Source: Candidatus Xenobia bacterium
GTDB taxonomy: Bacteria; Vulcanimicrobiota; Xenobia; Xenobiales; QWHO01
Direction of reading: 5' to 3'
NCBI GenBank assembly: GCA_045863235.1
Contig: BTUM01000024.1
Coordinates: 1 to 64,000 of the forward strand
DNA: 64,000 nucleotides
Made by a program: the position numbers and the translations under genes. Shown piece after piece: positions 8,739-18,092 of this stretch (its first letter is position 1; each line of letters begins with the position of its first letter). A model generated the notes under the pieces. The model did not search any database, was not told the origin of the DNA, and saw nothing but the letters and a program-made list of their open reading frames with translations.

Positions 8739-10563
8739 GCTGCTGCTTGGAAACCAGTTCTCCTTCGGGCTTGGTGCGGCACTTGATGCCTCCAAACAGC
8801 CCCAGCGTCGAGGGAGTCAGCTCGCGATCGAGGAAGTGCAGGCGCACGATCCCCGTGGGCAGACCCTGCATCAATTTACGGGCCACGTAGACCTCCGAGC
8901 GGCTGTCCCCACCCAGGCCCACGAAGAATCGTTGATTGGCGCGATCCACCCCGGGACGGCCGTTGACGAAGTTGAACATGTCCTCGGTCGGATTCTCCGG
9001 GTCTACGAAGACGCCCGCCATTCGGTGCACCGTCAGCCCGGCCGTCTTGAGGTCTCGGGCGGTCAGGTCCTCGAAGTAGGCGCGCCGCTCCCCTTCCTCG
9101 CGCAGGGCGACGATCTGATCGTGCAGCCGTCGTTCTCGACGCTTGTGGAAGAACAGCTTGCGATGGTAGTTCAAGCGCTGCCAGACCGAGGACTCCGGGC
9201 CGGGGTGGCGCGGCTTGCTCGTCACGATGTCATGCTTCAGCCAGCCCACCTGAACTTCGGCCGCTTCGCGGGCGTCATTCAAGACCACCTCGCCCGGTCC
9301 AAGGCACATCATGCGCATGTCGATGTGGAACTCGCCCGGCTGCTCCACGGCGTAGACATTGGGCGCCTTCTGCCCGTGATCGCGAGCGATCGCGCTCAGG
9401 GCCGTCTGGTCGCTGACCTCTCGACCCAGGTCGAGAGAAAGTTTGGCCCGGGTGACGGCCAGGCTGTCTTTCCCCACCAGCGCATAGCCCTCGTGGTTGG
9501 GCAGGGTGCCGAACAGGATATTGCCCCCTTCGACGTGGCTCAGGTTCTCGCGCACAGGCTTGTTAGCCGAGCGAGCCAGGGCGGCCAGACCCCACTGCAA
9601 GTTCCCCTGGCTGACCGAGCCCTGGATGTTGAAGGCGGCCAGCGGATACTCGCTGAGCACCAGGCTCTCGTAATCGGCATTCGCGGGAATCCTGGCCCCG
9701 GGATAGAAGCGCCGGATGCGGTCTTTGTAGATGGACTGAGGCACCAGCTCGGGGTCGTCGAGGAAGGCGGGAACAGCGACCCCGCCCTGGAGCGTCATCT
9801 CGCCATAGTCCTCTGTCCAGATGTCGCCGGCCATCGAGATGGGCAGCAAAGAGACGTTTTCGTCCACCTGCCCGCGCAGCTCCTTGACCGAGCCCCTGGG
9901 CACATTGGCCAGCACGTGATAGCCCTCGATCTGGCCCACCTGGGCCATCTGGTTGACGTAATCCAGCGTCACCAGGTCCGAGCCGTCGCAATACATCGCA
10001 TAGGCGGCCGGGTCCAGCGAGGCGTCCTTGGGCACAACCCGGTCCCCGGCGCGCGGACGAGGTGCTTCCACCGACCGATGGCGCGCCTCGTGGGCCTGGT
10101 TGACGTCCCGGGTCAGGGATTTTTCGGGAATGTAGCGGTAGCGATGGGGCGGCGGCTCGGGTCGGCCCGTCTCGAGCAGCTGGTCAAATCGGAGCAAGGC
10201 CAGGTCGCTGTTGGTGGTCAGGGCGTAGGTGTGCACTCGCTGACCTTCCAGATCGGGGTGGTGGACCCGCTCGCCGTTCACCACCACGCCCTCCACGCTG
10301 GGGTTGCTGAATTTCTGTACCGGCTCCACCGGAACGGGCTCCTCGGGAACCTTGCAGCCGACAACCAGCAGTCGCCAGAGCGAGCCAACCAGCCCTGCCG
10401 TCCACTCGGCCGTGCGTTGCCAGATGCCAGGAGCATCCACAGGCTGAGAGAGGCCCGCGCTGAGCTCGGCCCGGTCGGTGGGGTCGGGCGGAGCGGCAGC
10501 CGAGGGCACCGCCCTGCGGTAGAGAGGGGCGGGGCTGAGAGCCAGAGCAGGCTGGACGATCAC
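8698..10563 (-). CDS. Pentein-superfamily (agmatine/peptidylarginine deiminase-like) enzyme
   Basis: Ordered motifs WTEDYG, VEGGNI, FHIDM, NFVNG and C-terminal GGIKCRT match the deiminase motifs WxRD, EGG, HID, N and GGxHCxT. Confidence 0.7.
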   Translation of the reverse strand: MIVQPALALSPAPLYRRAVPSAAAPPDPTDRAELSAGLSQPVDAPGIWQRTAEWTAGLVGSLWRLLVVGCKVPEEPVPVEPVQKFSNPSVEGVVVNGERVHHPDLEGQRVHTYALTTNSDLALLRFDQLLETGRPEPPPHRYRYIPEKSLTRDVNQAHEARHRSVEAPRPRAGDRVVPKDASLDPAAYAMYCDGSDLVTLDYVNQMAQVGQIEGYHVLANVPRGSVKELRGQVDENVSLLPISMAGDIWTEDYGEMTLQGGVAVPAFLDDPELVPQSIYKDRIRRFYPGARIPANADYESLVLSEYPLAAFNIQGSVSQGNLQWGLAALARSANKPVRENLSHVEGGNILFGTLPNHEGYALVGKDSLAVTRAKLSLDLGREVSDQTALSAIARDHGQKAPNVYAVEQPGEFHIDMRMMCLGPGEVVLNDAREAAEVQVGWLKHDIVTSKPRHPGPESSVWQRLNYHRKLFFHKRRERRLHDQIVALREEGERRAYFEDLTARDLKTAGLTVHRMAGVFVDPENPTEDMFNFVNGRPGVDRANQRFFVGLGGDSRSEVYVARKLMQGLPTGIVRLHFLDRELTPSTLGLFGGIKCRTKPEGELVSKQQLKSPSPPQLAPAP

Positions 10564-10602
10564 ACCTGAGCCTACCGCACGCGGATGAAAACTCGTTGAA
10601 AT

Positions 10603-10866
10603 TTAACCCTTGGGGCGCGTCAGGCGCTCCAGCACCGTCAGGTGATGCAGCGCTTGCTCGCGGTTCTCGCCGCACATCTCCTGGGAGGGCCGCAGCGAGC
10701 GACAGACCTCGGGACGCTCGGGGCGACCGAACAGCAGGCAACGGTTCTGCTCGTCGAGTTGCACGCAGCGCACCCCGGCCGGCTTGCCCGCCGGCATACC
10801 CGGGATGGGCGAGGTGATGGAGGGCGCAATGCAGCAGGCTCCGCAGCCGACTCGGCATTCCAGCAT
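10603..10866 (-). CDS. YkgJ-family cysteine-cluster protein
   Basis: CRVGCGACC...[11 protein letters not shown]...CLLFG.PERPEVC. Confidence 0.9.
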   Translation of the reverse strand: MLECRVGCGACCIAPSITSPIPGMPAGKPAGVRCVQLDEQNRCLLFGRPERPEVCRSLRPSQEMCGENREQALHHLTVLERLTRPKG

Positions 10867-10907
10867 TCTTCCAGGTTATCCGAGCTGCCTGAAGGAAACC
10901 CTGCCCG

Positions 10908-11558
10908 GTGGATATCGAAGCCGTCTATCGCTCCCAGGCCGATCCTGAGAAGGCCCGCGCCATGAAGGCCTACATGCGCGACCAGTTCGAATTTCTAGGC
11001 CTGCCCACGCCCCTGCGCCGGCAGCTCAGCAAGCCCCACCTCGTGCCCATGGCCGCTCCCGAGCTCAGGCAGGCCGTGGAGCACCTCTGGGGGCTGCCCG
11101 AGCGCGAGTTCCAGTACTTCGCCCTGGGCCTGATCGAGAAGTCGCGCAAGCTCTGGGCGCCCGACCTGCTCTGGACCTGGGAATGGCTGGTCACCAGCAA
11201 GTCCTGGTGGGACACCGTGGACGCCCTGGCCTCCAACGTGGTGGGCCTTCACCTGGCGCGCTTTCCGCACCAGCTCGAAGTGACCGACCGCTGGATCGAG
11301 TCCGGCAATTTCTGGCTCCAGCGGACCGCTCTGCTCTACCAGCTGGGCTACCGGGAGAAGACCGATTCGGCCCGGCTTTTCGCTTACATCGACCGGGTGG
11401 CGCCCTCGCGGGAGTTCTTCCTGCGCAAGGCCATCGGTTGGGCCCTGCGCCAGTACGCTCGCACCGACCCCGAAGCCGTGAAAAGCTTCGTGCTGGCGCG
11501 GGGAGACAGGCTCTCGGGCCTTTCTCGGCGCGAGGCTCTCAAACACTACAGTACGTAG
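10908..11558 (+). CDS. alkD: DNA alkylation repair protein, AlkD family
   Basis: MKAYMRDQFEFLG, PEREFQY, SWWDTVD, EFFLRKAIGWALRQYA and LSRREALKH. Confidence 0.88.
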   Translation: MDIEAVYRSQADPEKARAMKAYMRDQFEFLGLPTPLRRQLSKPHLVPMAAPELRQAVEHLWGLPEREFQYFALGLIEKSRKLWAPDLLWTWEWLVTSKSWWDTVDALASNVVGLHLARFPHQLEVTDRWIESGNFWLQRTALLYQLGYREKTDSARLFAYIDRVAPSREFFLRKAIGWALRQYARTDPEAVKSFVLARGDRLSGLSRREALKHYST

Positions 11559-11857
11559 CGCCGGGCTTCAGTCTCACTCGCAACTACACCCTCGTCATTC
11601 GACCAGCCCCCCCGAACATGACGGGCGAGTTCACGATTCAGGGACGGGAGACCCTGCTCCTGAGCGGCACGGTCGGTTCTAACCCGGCTAGTTTCTCCGC
11701 GGCCGTCCGCACCAACTTGAACGTGCCTGCCGGTCAACTCGGGGGCTCGCTGAGTCAGCTCAATCCGGCCCAGCCGATCGTCCTGACGGGGACTTGGGCC
11801 AACTTCGACGCGGGTGGAACCGAGTTCCGGTTTACAGGAACGCGAACCGGCCCTTGA
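11546..11857 (+). pseudogene. Headless beta-rich coding fragment (or a short ORF from ATG 11618)
   Basis: A protein-like frame (YVAPGFSLTRNYTLVI...EFRFTGTRTGP) begins where alkD ends, with no clear start or RBS. Confidence 0.4.
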
Positions 11858-11876
11858 CGTCGGCTGGAACCGCTCG

Positions 11877-12941
11877 TCACCCTGAGAACGACCCGAGGTT
11901 GGCCGATGTCAGGGAGAGCGAGCCGATGGTGTTGGTCAACTGGTGCGAGGCCTGCGAGGTGGCAGGGATTGTCAGGTCAAGGAAATCACTGACGTTCCAG
12001 AGTGCCTCGGTCCCCACCGAGAAGAGCCCCCAGGCGCTGAAGCTGGCGAAGACCCCGAGCTCGAAGTCGAGGTCGACCGAATGCTCGAGATCGAGCTGGA
12101 CCTGGTTCGGGGCCACGGAGCTGGCACTGAACTGGGTAGCGGTAAACGCGCCTTCCCCGCCGGAACGCCGGAGGCCCTGACACGACAGGCCGTCCCACTC
12201 CAGGCCCTGAAGCTGGACCGTGGTCGGAAAGCCGATGCCGAAGACCGGGCCTGCCGAAACGGATGCTCCGACCTTGCTCGCCGCCGTAATGATCTCGCCG
12301 GCGGCTGGGATATAAGGGAGGATGCTGACGGGGAAGGACAGGACGGGAGCGACCTGGGCCTGGCCCTGGCTGGACAGACCCCCATTGTTTTGTGCCGAGA
12401 ACCCCCAGGTGGAGGAGAGCCCGGGCAGCGTGTTGGTCACCTTGGTGAACAGCGACGAGGACGGCAGCATCTGCTGGATCAGGAATGCAATGACTCCGAG
12501 CAGGTCAAACTGAAGGTCCACGGAGGCGGAGAACGAGATGGCCGCCACCGGGAAAAATGGCTCGACGGCGCCGTCCACCAGGTCGTGCCAGAACGACTGG
12601 TCCTGACTGGGTGCGTTGTAGCTCACCGAGAGCGAGAGCGAGAGAGTCAGCCCGATGGCCAGCCCGGCCTCGATCGAGTCGCCACTCAGGGTGATGCTGG
12701 CCGAGTCGGGCGAGGTCGCATTGGTGCCGCTGGCATTCAGAAGAACGGCCAATCCGGGCCCGCAGGCACCAGCGAACAGGGTGGCCTGGCCGCTGATGCT
12801 GGCCAGGTCGTCACCATCCGAGAAGCTTGCCACCGCGCTTCCGCCGATATCAAGGGACCCCACGCCCGGAAAGAGGGGAAATCCCGAGCAGAAGTCGATC
12901 GGGTCCGAGGTCGCCAGCACGGTTTCAGCGAGATCGCCCAT
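11877..12941 (-). CDS. Hypothetical Ser/Gly-rich, beta-strand-rich protein (354 aa)
   Basis: RBS GGAGG before the ATG. Alternating amphipathic patterns (LSLSLSVSY, ISFSASVDLQF, VDLDFELGVFASF). Confidence 0.75.
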   Translation of the reverse strand: MGDLAETVLATSDPIDFCSGFPLFPGVGSLDIGGSAVASFSDGDDLASISGQATLFAGACGPGLAVLLNASGTNATSPDSASITLSGDSIEAGLAIGLTLSLSLSVSYNAPSQDQSFWHDLVDGAVEPFFPVAAISFSASVDLQFDLLGVIAFLIQQMLPSSSLFTKVTNTLPGLSSTWGFSAQNNGGLSSQGQAQVAPVLSFPVSILPYIPAAGEIITAASKVGASVSAGPVFGIGFPTTVQLQGLEWDGLSCQGLRRSGGEGAFTATQFSASSVAPNQVQLDLEHSVDLDFELGVFASFSAWGLFSVGTEALWNVSDFLDLTIPATSQASHQLTNTIGSLSLTSANLGSFSG

Positions 12942-12956
12942 GGAAGCCTCCGTCCT

Positions 12957-14261
12957 TCAGATGGGTGTGCCCAGCAACAGGCAGGGTGCGCCGGAGCGTC
13001 TCCCCACCGCAGCCAGGCTCCCGTTCGGATTGGCCTGAGAGGGATTGACTCCGGCCAGAAGCCGGTCGATCCCGGAAGGATCGGTCCGGTCCTGCAGGTC
13101 GAGCACGTGGCGGTGCTGCTCCCCGTCGCTCACCAGCAGTTGCCACGAGCGCTCTGCCCGGTCCGGTCGCCGGCCTCGCACCATCACGTAGAAGAAGCCC
13201 TGGCTGAAAGAGGGGGGCAGGAAACGCTCGATGGACAGCCCCTTCGGGGTCAAGCCCGAAGCGAACGGAACTTCAACTCCGCCCAGGCTCAACTGCTCGG
13301 GGCCGCTCTCGGGTCGCAATACCACTGCAGCCAGAGAGCCGCTAAGGTCCAGGCGCGGGGCCAGCGCCGGGTTTGCGGCCACGGCGCCGCTCGAGGGGGT
13401 GGAAAGAGCCGCTGGAGCGATGCCCAGAACCGCTTCGCCGCCGACCTGACCCAGGACGACCGCTCGGGCTGTCGCTTGCGGACCCTGCAGCGTCACTTCG
13501 ATGGCGTAGCGGCCGTGGGCCAGGTCGAACAGGCCCAATCGCGCCAACAGACCCGTTGAGCCCGGGGCCAGTTGCCTCGTGCCGAGCTCGAGGCGGGCTC
13601 CCTCGCCGTTGCGCCCCCCGGGGAAGGAGAAGAGACCCTGTCTGGGGGTCATGGCGCCGGAAACCTCGTTGCCGTAGTAGCCGGACACCAGCAAGCCCCC
13701 CTCGTCCAGAGCCACGTGGTCGAAGTGCGAGCCAAACCGAATCCTGGCATTCGAGGCCAGGGCCTCCCCCAGACCCACCACGCGACGGCCCGCACCTGCT
13801 CGGGGAAAGAGGTAGGGGCTCTGCGCGCCGTCCTGGCCGGTCAAGATGCAGGCATAATCGCCTGCGGGAGAGACGTCGCCCGGACCGATCAGGGCCACGC
13901 GGGTGCCATCGGCCAGGGACTCGCCCTGGACCACCACGCTCCGCAGGCTCTCCAGTCGGCCCTCCCCGGAAGAAGAGGCGCTGAAGGCGGCCGCGAAAAT
14001 TCCTTTGAGGCCCCGGTCATCCTGGGCCTCGAAGAAGACCTCCTCGGCCGTGAGCAGCACGTGGCCCGTGAACTGCTCGAGCGCGCCGCCCCCGGGCAAT
14101 GGGGCCGCGCGAGCCAGCAGGGACGTAAAGACCACCTGGTTGGGGAGAGGCCCGCCTCCGGGTCCGGGCTCCGTCAGGGGGATAGCTTCTCCGCCGCAAC
14201 CGGCCAGGAGCGTTGAGCCCAGCAGCCCCCCGGCCAGCCGGATGAATTGTCGCCTCCTCAA
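12957..14261 (-). CDS. Tat-exported lipoprotein, possible beta-propeller
   Basis: MRRRQFIRL Tat motif, hydrophobic stretch and LLAGC lipobox. TTG start overlaps the upstream stop. Confidence 0.75.
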   Translation of the reverse strand: MRRRQFIRLAGGLLGSTLLAGCGGEAIPLTEPGPGGGPLPNQVVFTSLLARAAPLPGGGALEQFTGHVLLTAEEVFFEAQDDRGLKGIFAAAFSASSSGEGRLESLRSVVVQGESLADGTRVALIGPGDVSPAGDYACILTGQDGAQSPYLFPRAGAGRRVVGLGEALASNARIRFGSHFDHVALDEGGLLVSGYYGNEVSGAMTPRQGLFSFPGGRNGEGARLELGTRQLAPGSTGLLARLGLFDLAHGRYAIEVTLQGPQATARAVVLGQVGGEAVLGIAPAALSTPSSGAVAANPALAPRLDLSGSLAAVVLRPESGPEQLSLGGVEVPFASGLTPKGLSIERFLPPSFSQGFFYVMVRGRRPDRAERSWQLLVSDGEQHRHVLDLQDRTDPSGIDRLLAGVNPSQANPNGSLAAVGRRSGAPCLLLGTPI

Positions 14262-15274
14262 CTTGCCTTCTCCTTTCTTTCGAGCACCCGGGCCGCCGCG
14301 GCTCGCACCTGCGGGCGAGCATCGCTCAAGAGCGGTCGCACCGACCGCTCGGCCACCCCGGACAAGAGCTCGGCTCCGATCGCGCGCAACTGCCAGTGGT
14401 CCTCGTGGAGCAGCTCCACGGCGGCCTTGACCCTCTCCTCGGGCTCTGCCTCGCCCAGGCGGCGGGCCAGGGCCAGGCGAACCTCCAACTCGGTCTCCTG
14501 GGAGAGCAGCAGAGCCGGCTCACAGAGGGGAACGCCGGCCCGAATGGCGACCGCCCGGATGGCGCCGCACGGATGGCTCAGCAGGCGCTCCTCCGGCCTT
14601 CGCCCCGAGGCCAGGAGGGCCGCCAGGAGGGCAGCGTCCTCCTCGCCGCTCTCAGATTCGGGCGCGAAGCCTTCCAGGGCCAGCCAGAGCCTGGTGGGTC
14701 GCTCCAGGTCGTCCCACCAGGCCGCCAGCCGCCGACAGCTTTCGGACTGGCGCGACAGGAGCTCCCGGGCTCGGGCCGGCCAGTGCGCCAGGCAGTCGAG
14801 CCAGACCTGCTTGAGCGCGTCCTCGGGTGGCCCGCCAGGGTCGATCGGAATGTCCGCCCGAAAGGCTACCCGCAGCCGCTCCTCGGGCGCCAAGAGCTCG
14901 GGATGGCCGCAGAGCGCGTTGGCAGCCAGGCGGCCGCGGGTCGACCGGTCGTGCAACCAGCCGGCGAAAAAGGCTCGGGTTTCGTGTCGGGGCCGTCTTC
15001 CCAACCAGGCGTGGAGGCGGAGCAGGGCCACGTCGTCGGGCGCCGACTCCCAGGCCTGCAAAAGGCAGGGCAGAACGCGAGGATCGGAGCTGCCCGCCAG
15101 GGCCGAGAGCACCTCGAGGCGCTCGCCATCGAGCCGACAGGCTCCCAGGTGGTCGAGCAGCAGACCGACGAGATCGAAGTCTGCCTCGAAAATTCGCGGG
15201 CCTCGCAACCCGGACAGGGCTTGCAGCCGGATGCGCAGGTCGGGGCTGGAAAGAGCCGCCCGGAGTGCTTCCAT
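14258..15274 (-). CDS. HEAT-repeat protein
   Basis: LSSPDLRIRLQAL, LLHEDHWQLRAIGAELL and LLSDARPQVRAAAARVL units. Confidence 0.75.
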   Translation of the reverse strand: MEALRAALSSPDLRIRLQALSGLRGPRIFEADFDLVGLLLDHLGACRLDGERLEVLSALAGSSDPRVLPCLLQAWESAPDDVALLRLHAWLGRRPRHETRAFFAGWLHDRSTRGRLAANALCGHPELLAPEERLRVAFRADIPIDPGGPPEDALKQVWLDCLAHWPARARELLSRQSESCRRLAAWWDDLERPTRLWLALEGFAPESESGEEDAALLAALLASGRRPEERLLSHPCGAIRAVAIRAGVPLCEPALLLSQETELEVRLALARRLGEAEPEERVKAAVELLHEDHWQLRAIGAELLSGVAERSVRPLLSDARPQVRAAAARVLERKEKAS

Positions 15275-15373
15275 GTTGTGAGCGGGTTCGGGCGATGACC
15301 AAAAGACCCTCCCAGAGGAGTTGCGAGCGGGCAACCGAACTCGGGTCCATCTCGCCTCGCGGAGGACCCTTTA

Positions 15374-17002
15374 GTGCGTGTGGCTGCCCTGCTCGTGTGC
15401 TCGATCTCGGTTCTCTGGGCTGCGGGTTGCGCCGGCAGGGCGCCCGGAGACACAGCGCCCCTCCCGGGCACAACCCTGACGGGGCTGGTCGTGGTGGATG
15501 GCCCGGTGGCCGGGGCCGAGGTTTCGCTCTTGCGCCTGCGGCCCCAGGGCACCATCGGCGAGGACCGGCAGAGCCCCACGTCCTTCCCGGTGCCGCCTCC
15601 CATCCCGGTGGGGGTCACCACCACGGACGCGATGGGCCGTTTCGAGCTGCCCGTCGAGCCCGGCACCTACCTGGTGCAGAGCAGCGGCGGGACCTTCCGC
15701 GAGGGCACAACCGGGTCAATCGTGACCATCCCTCGGCCGGCTGCCTGGGCGGCGGCCGTCACGGTTCAGGGCAGCCAGAAGCTGACTCTCAGCCCCTACT
15801 CCACCATGGCCGCCCGGCGGGCGCACAGCCTGGTCCGCTCCGGTCTTCCGCCGGAGCCGGCCGTGGCCCGCGCCAACCGCGAGCTGGCGGACTACTTCGG
15901 ACTCGCCAGCCTGACCGACGAGGAGCCCGACTCTCCCGGGTACGCCGCCCTGTTGGCCTCGCTCTCGGAGTATGCCAGAAAGCATGAGCTCCGCTTAGTG
16001 AGCCTGGGCGCCGCCGGCGCCCGTGACGCCTCCGATGGCCGCTTCGACGGCCGCGAGGGCGAGGTGCCGCTGACCGTGCTCCCCCTCGGCGACGGAAAGC
16101 CGGTGGACCTTCCGGCCGACGCTTTTCGGAGCGGCGGGGCCGTGTCCGCCAGGAACACCTCCACCGGAGTCATCGCCGAGGCGCCTCCGGCCTACGTCAG
16201 CCCCTACAGCCTCAACTTCACCACCCCGATCGAGGATCTCACCTTCGACTTCGGCCAGCCTCCCAGAAACAGCGTGCCAGCAGAGGGACATCCTCCCGAG
16301 TTCGACGACTGGTACGTCCCGTCGGCCTACCCCGCCTCGGAGCTGCCCTGGGGGCCGCTGCCCGCTCTGTATCCCGAGCCTGTCGTGCCGGATGGCTATG
16401 ACCCGGTGGTCTGGAAACGCGAGCGGGTTCTGGCCGTGGCCCAGCAGCGCATCGGCACGAACTATCAGCATCATCACATCCCGGACTGGAACCCCCCCAC
16501 CGACTGGCCCGATTGGATCGCGGTGTCGCTGGGCACCAACAGCCCGGGCATCGACTGCAGCGACTTCAGCTCGTGGAATTACAACTACGGCCTGGGCATG
16601 CGATTGTGCACCGCCGTGGGCGAGCAGGCGGCCAACACCGAGCTTCCGGGTGACTGCGGGGGAGCCGGTCCGGCGGTCTCGGTCTCGGTCCTCCTCCAGG
16701 CCCAGGACTCATCCCCCCAGGACTACCAGACCATCGTGAGCACCCTCCAAACTGGGGATCTGCTCTACATTCGGGGGGATGCGTCCGGCCCCCCGGGCAC
16801 GGGCATCACGCACGTGATCATGTGGGTCGGGTCGGTGGGCCAGGGGGGAGACGACCCGCTCATCATCGACAGCCATGACAACCATCCCCCGGTCAAGGAC
16901 GTCAACGGCCAGGTCATCCCGGCCGGCGTTCACCTGCGTCCGTTCGTGGAGGGCTCCTGGTACCACCAGGGGTTCGACCACGCCCTGCGGATCGTGCAGT
17001 AG
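15374..17002 (+). CDS. Lipoprotein with C-terminal NlpC/P60 (C40) domain
   Basis: Lipobox AAGC, a carboxypeptidase-regulatory-like segment (TTTDAMGRFELPVEPGTYLV), then GIDCSDF, GDLLYI and HVIMWVG. Confidence 0.85.
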   Translation: MRVAALLVCSISVLWAAGCAGRAPGDTAPLPGTTLTGLVVVDGPVAGAEVSLLRLRPQGTIGEDRQSPTSFPVPPPIPVGVTTTDAMGRFELPVEPGTYLVQSSGGTFREGTTGSIVTIPRPAAWAAAVTVQGSQKLTLSPYSTMAARRAHSLVRSGLPPEPAVARANRELADYFGLASLTDEEPDSPGYAALLASLSEYARKHELRLVSLGAAGARDASDGRFDGREGEVPLTVLPLGDGKPVDLPADAFRSGGAVSARNTSTGVIAEAPPAYVSPYSLNFTTPIEDLTFDFGQPPRNSVPAEGHPPEFDDWYVPSAYPASELPWGPLPALYPEPVVPDGYDPVVWKRERVLAVAQQRIGTNYQHHHIPDWNPPTDWPDWIAVSLGTNSPGIDCSDFSSWNYNYGLGMRLCTAVGEQAANTELPGDCGGAGPAVSVSVLLQAQDSSPQDYQTIVSTLQTGDLLYIRGDASGPPGTGITHVIMWVGSVGQGGDDPLIIDSHDNHPPVKDVNGQVIPAGVHLRPFVEGSWYHQGFDHALRIVQ

Positions 17003-17023
17003 GCCGTGCAACGCGCGGCGCCC

Positions 17024-17989
17024 TTAGCGGGGTAAGCAGCACGTCTCCGGACAGACGTCGTGGCTCGGGCCCAGGCGCCCCAGGGCCTCGCGCTCACTGC
17101 GCAGCCCCAACCGCTCCTCCACCAGCTCGCGTACCGTGCTTACAAACCGCGGATGGGTGCCCACCGTGGGGCAGCGCGCGAAGCGCAGCCCCAGTTCGGC
17201 AGCCAGGTCGCGGGCCTCGGTGTCCAGATCATACAAAACTTCCATGTGGTCGGAGATGAATCCCACCGGGCAGAGCACCACCGAGCCCCGCATCGTGCGC
17301 ATCACCTCCAGCACGTCCGGTTCGAGCCAGGGCTGGGAAGGCGGTCCGCTGCGGCTCTGGTAGACCAGGCGGTAGTCGCTCACCCCGGCCGCCTCGGCGA
17401 CCAGGCGGGCGGCCTCGGTCAGCTGCTCCACGTAGCGGCAGCGGTCGGACATACCCATGGGCAGGCTGTGGGCTGTGAACAGCACCGGACCGGGGCAACT
17501 CTCCAGCGTGGCTCGCAGCAGCTCGGTCTGGGCCCCGATGAAGCCCGGATGGTTGTAGAAGACGCGCAGCTTGTCCACGGCCGGCGGGTTCTCCAGGGTG
17601 GACTGGGCCCGGGCCACGTCCTCGCGGTACTGGCGGCAGCCTGAATACGAGCTGTAGGCCGAGGTCATGAAGGCCAGGGCTCGACGCACCCCGTCCTGTT
17701 TCATCTGCTGCATGGTGTCGGCCAGGAAGGGATGCCAGTTGCGGTTCCCCCAGTAGAGCCGAAGGTCGATGTCGTGGCTTCTCAGCTCTTGCTCCACCGC
17801 GGCCAGCAAGGCCCGGTTCTGGGCATTGATCGGGCTGACTCCTCCGAAGTGCTGGTAGTGCTCGGCCACCTCCAGCATGCGCTCGCGAGGCACATTGCGG
17901 CCGCGGAGCACGTTCTCGAGAAAGGGGATCACCTCGTCGGGCCCCTCGGGACCTCCGAAGCTCACCAACAGGAAGGCATCGTACTGCAT
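17024..17989 (-). CDS. hemH: Ferrochelatase
   Basis: LLVSFGGPE, GGVSPIN, FTAHSLP, YQSRSGP..WLEPD and GFISDHMEVLYDLD. Confidence 0.95.
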   Translation of the reverse strand: MQYDAFLLVSFGGPEGPDEVIPFLENVLRGRNVPRERMLEVAEHYQHFGGVSPINAQNRALLAAVEQELRSHDIDLRLYWGNRNWHPFLADTMQQMKQDGVRRALAFMTSAYSSYSGCRQYREDVARAQSTLENPPAVDKLRVFYNHPGFIGAQTELLRATLESCPGPVLFTAHSLPMGMSDRCRYVEQLTEAARLVAEAAGVSDYRLVYQSRSGPPSQPWLEPDVLEVMRTMRGSVVLCPVGFISDHMEVLYDLDTEARDLAAELGLRFARCPTVGTHPRFVSTVRELVEERLGLRSEREALGRLGPSHDVCPETCCLPR

Positions 17990-18060
17990 GCGGGGCTAGT
18001 TCACCCGAGCCGGCGGCCCTCCCGCTGTCTCAAGCAGGAAAGTTCGATCTCGGGTCAAAT

Positions 18061-18074
18061 TTAGATGCATCTAA
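18061..18074. promoter_or_regulatory. Perfect palindrome, candidate DtxR/TroR/MntR operator
   Basis: TTAGATGCATCTAA is its own reverse complement, AT-rich, and 18 bp before the metal-binding protein start. Confidence 0.75.
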
Positions 18075-18092
18075 CTTTTGCAATGGAGCCTC

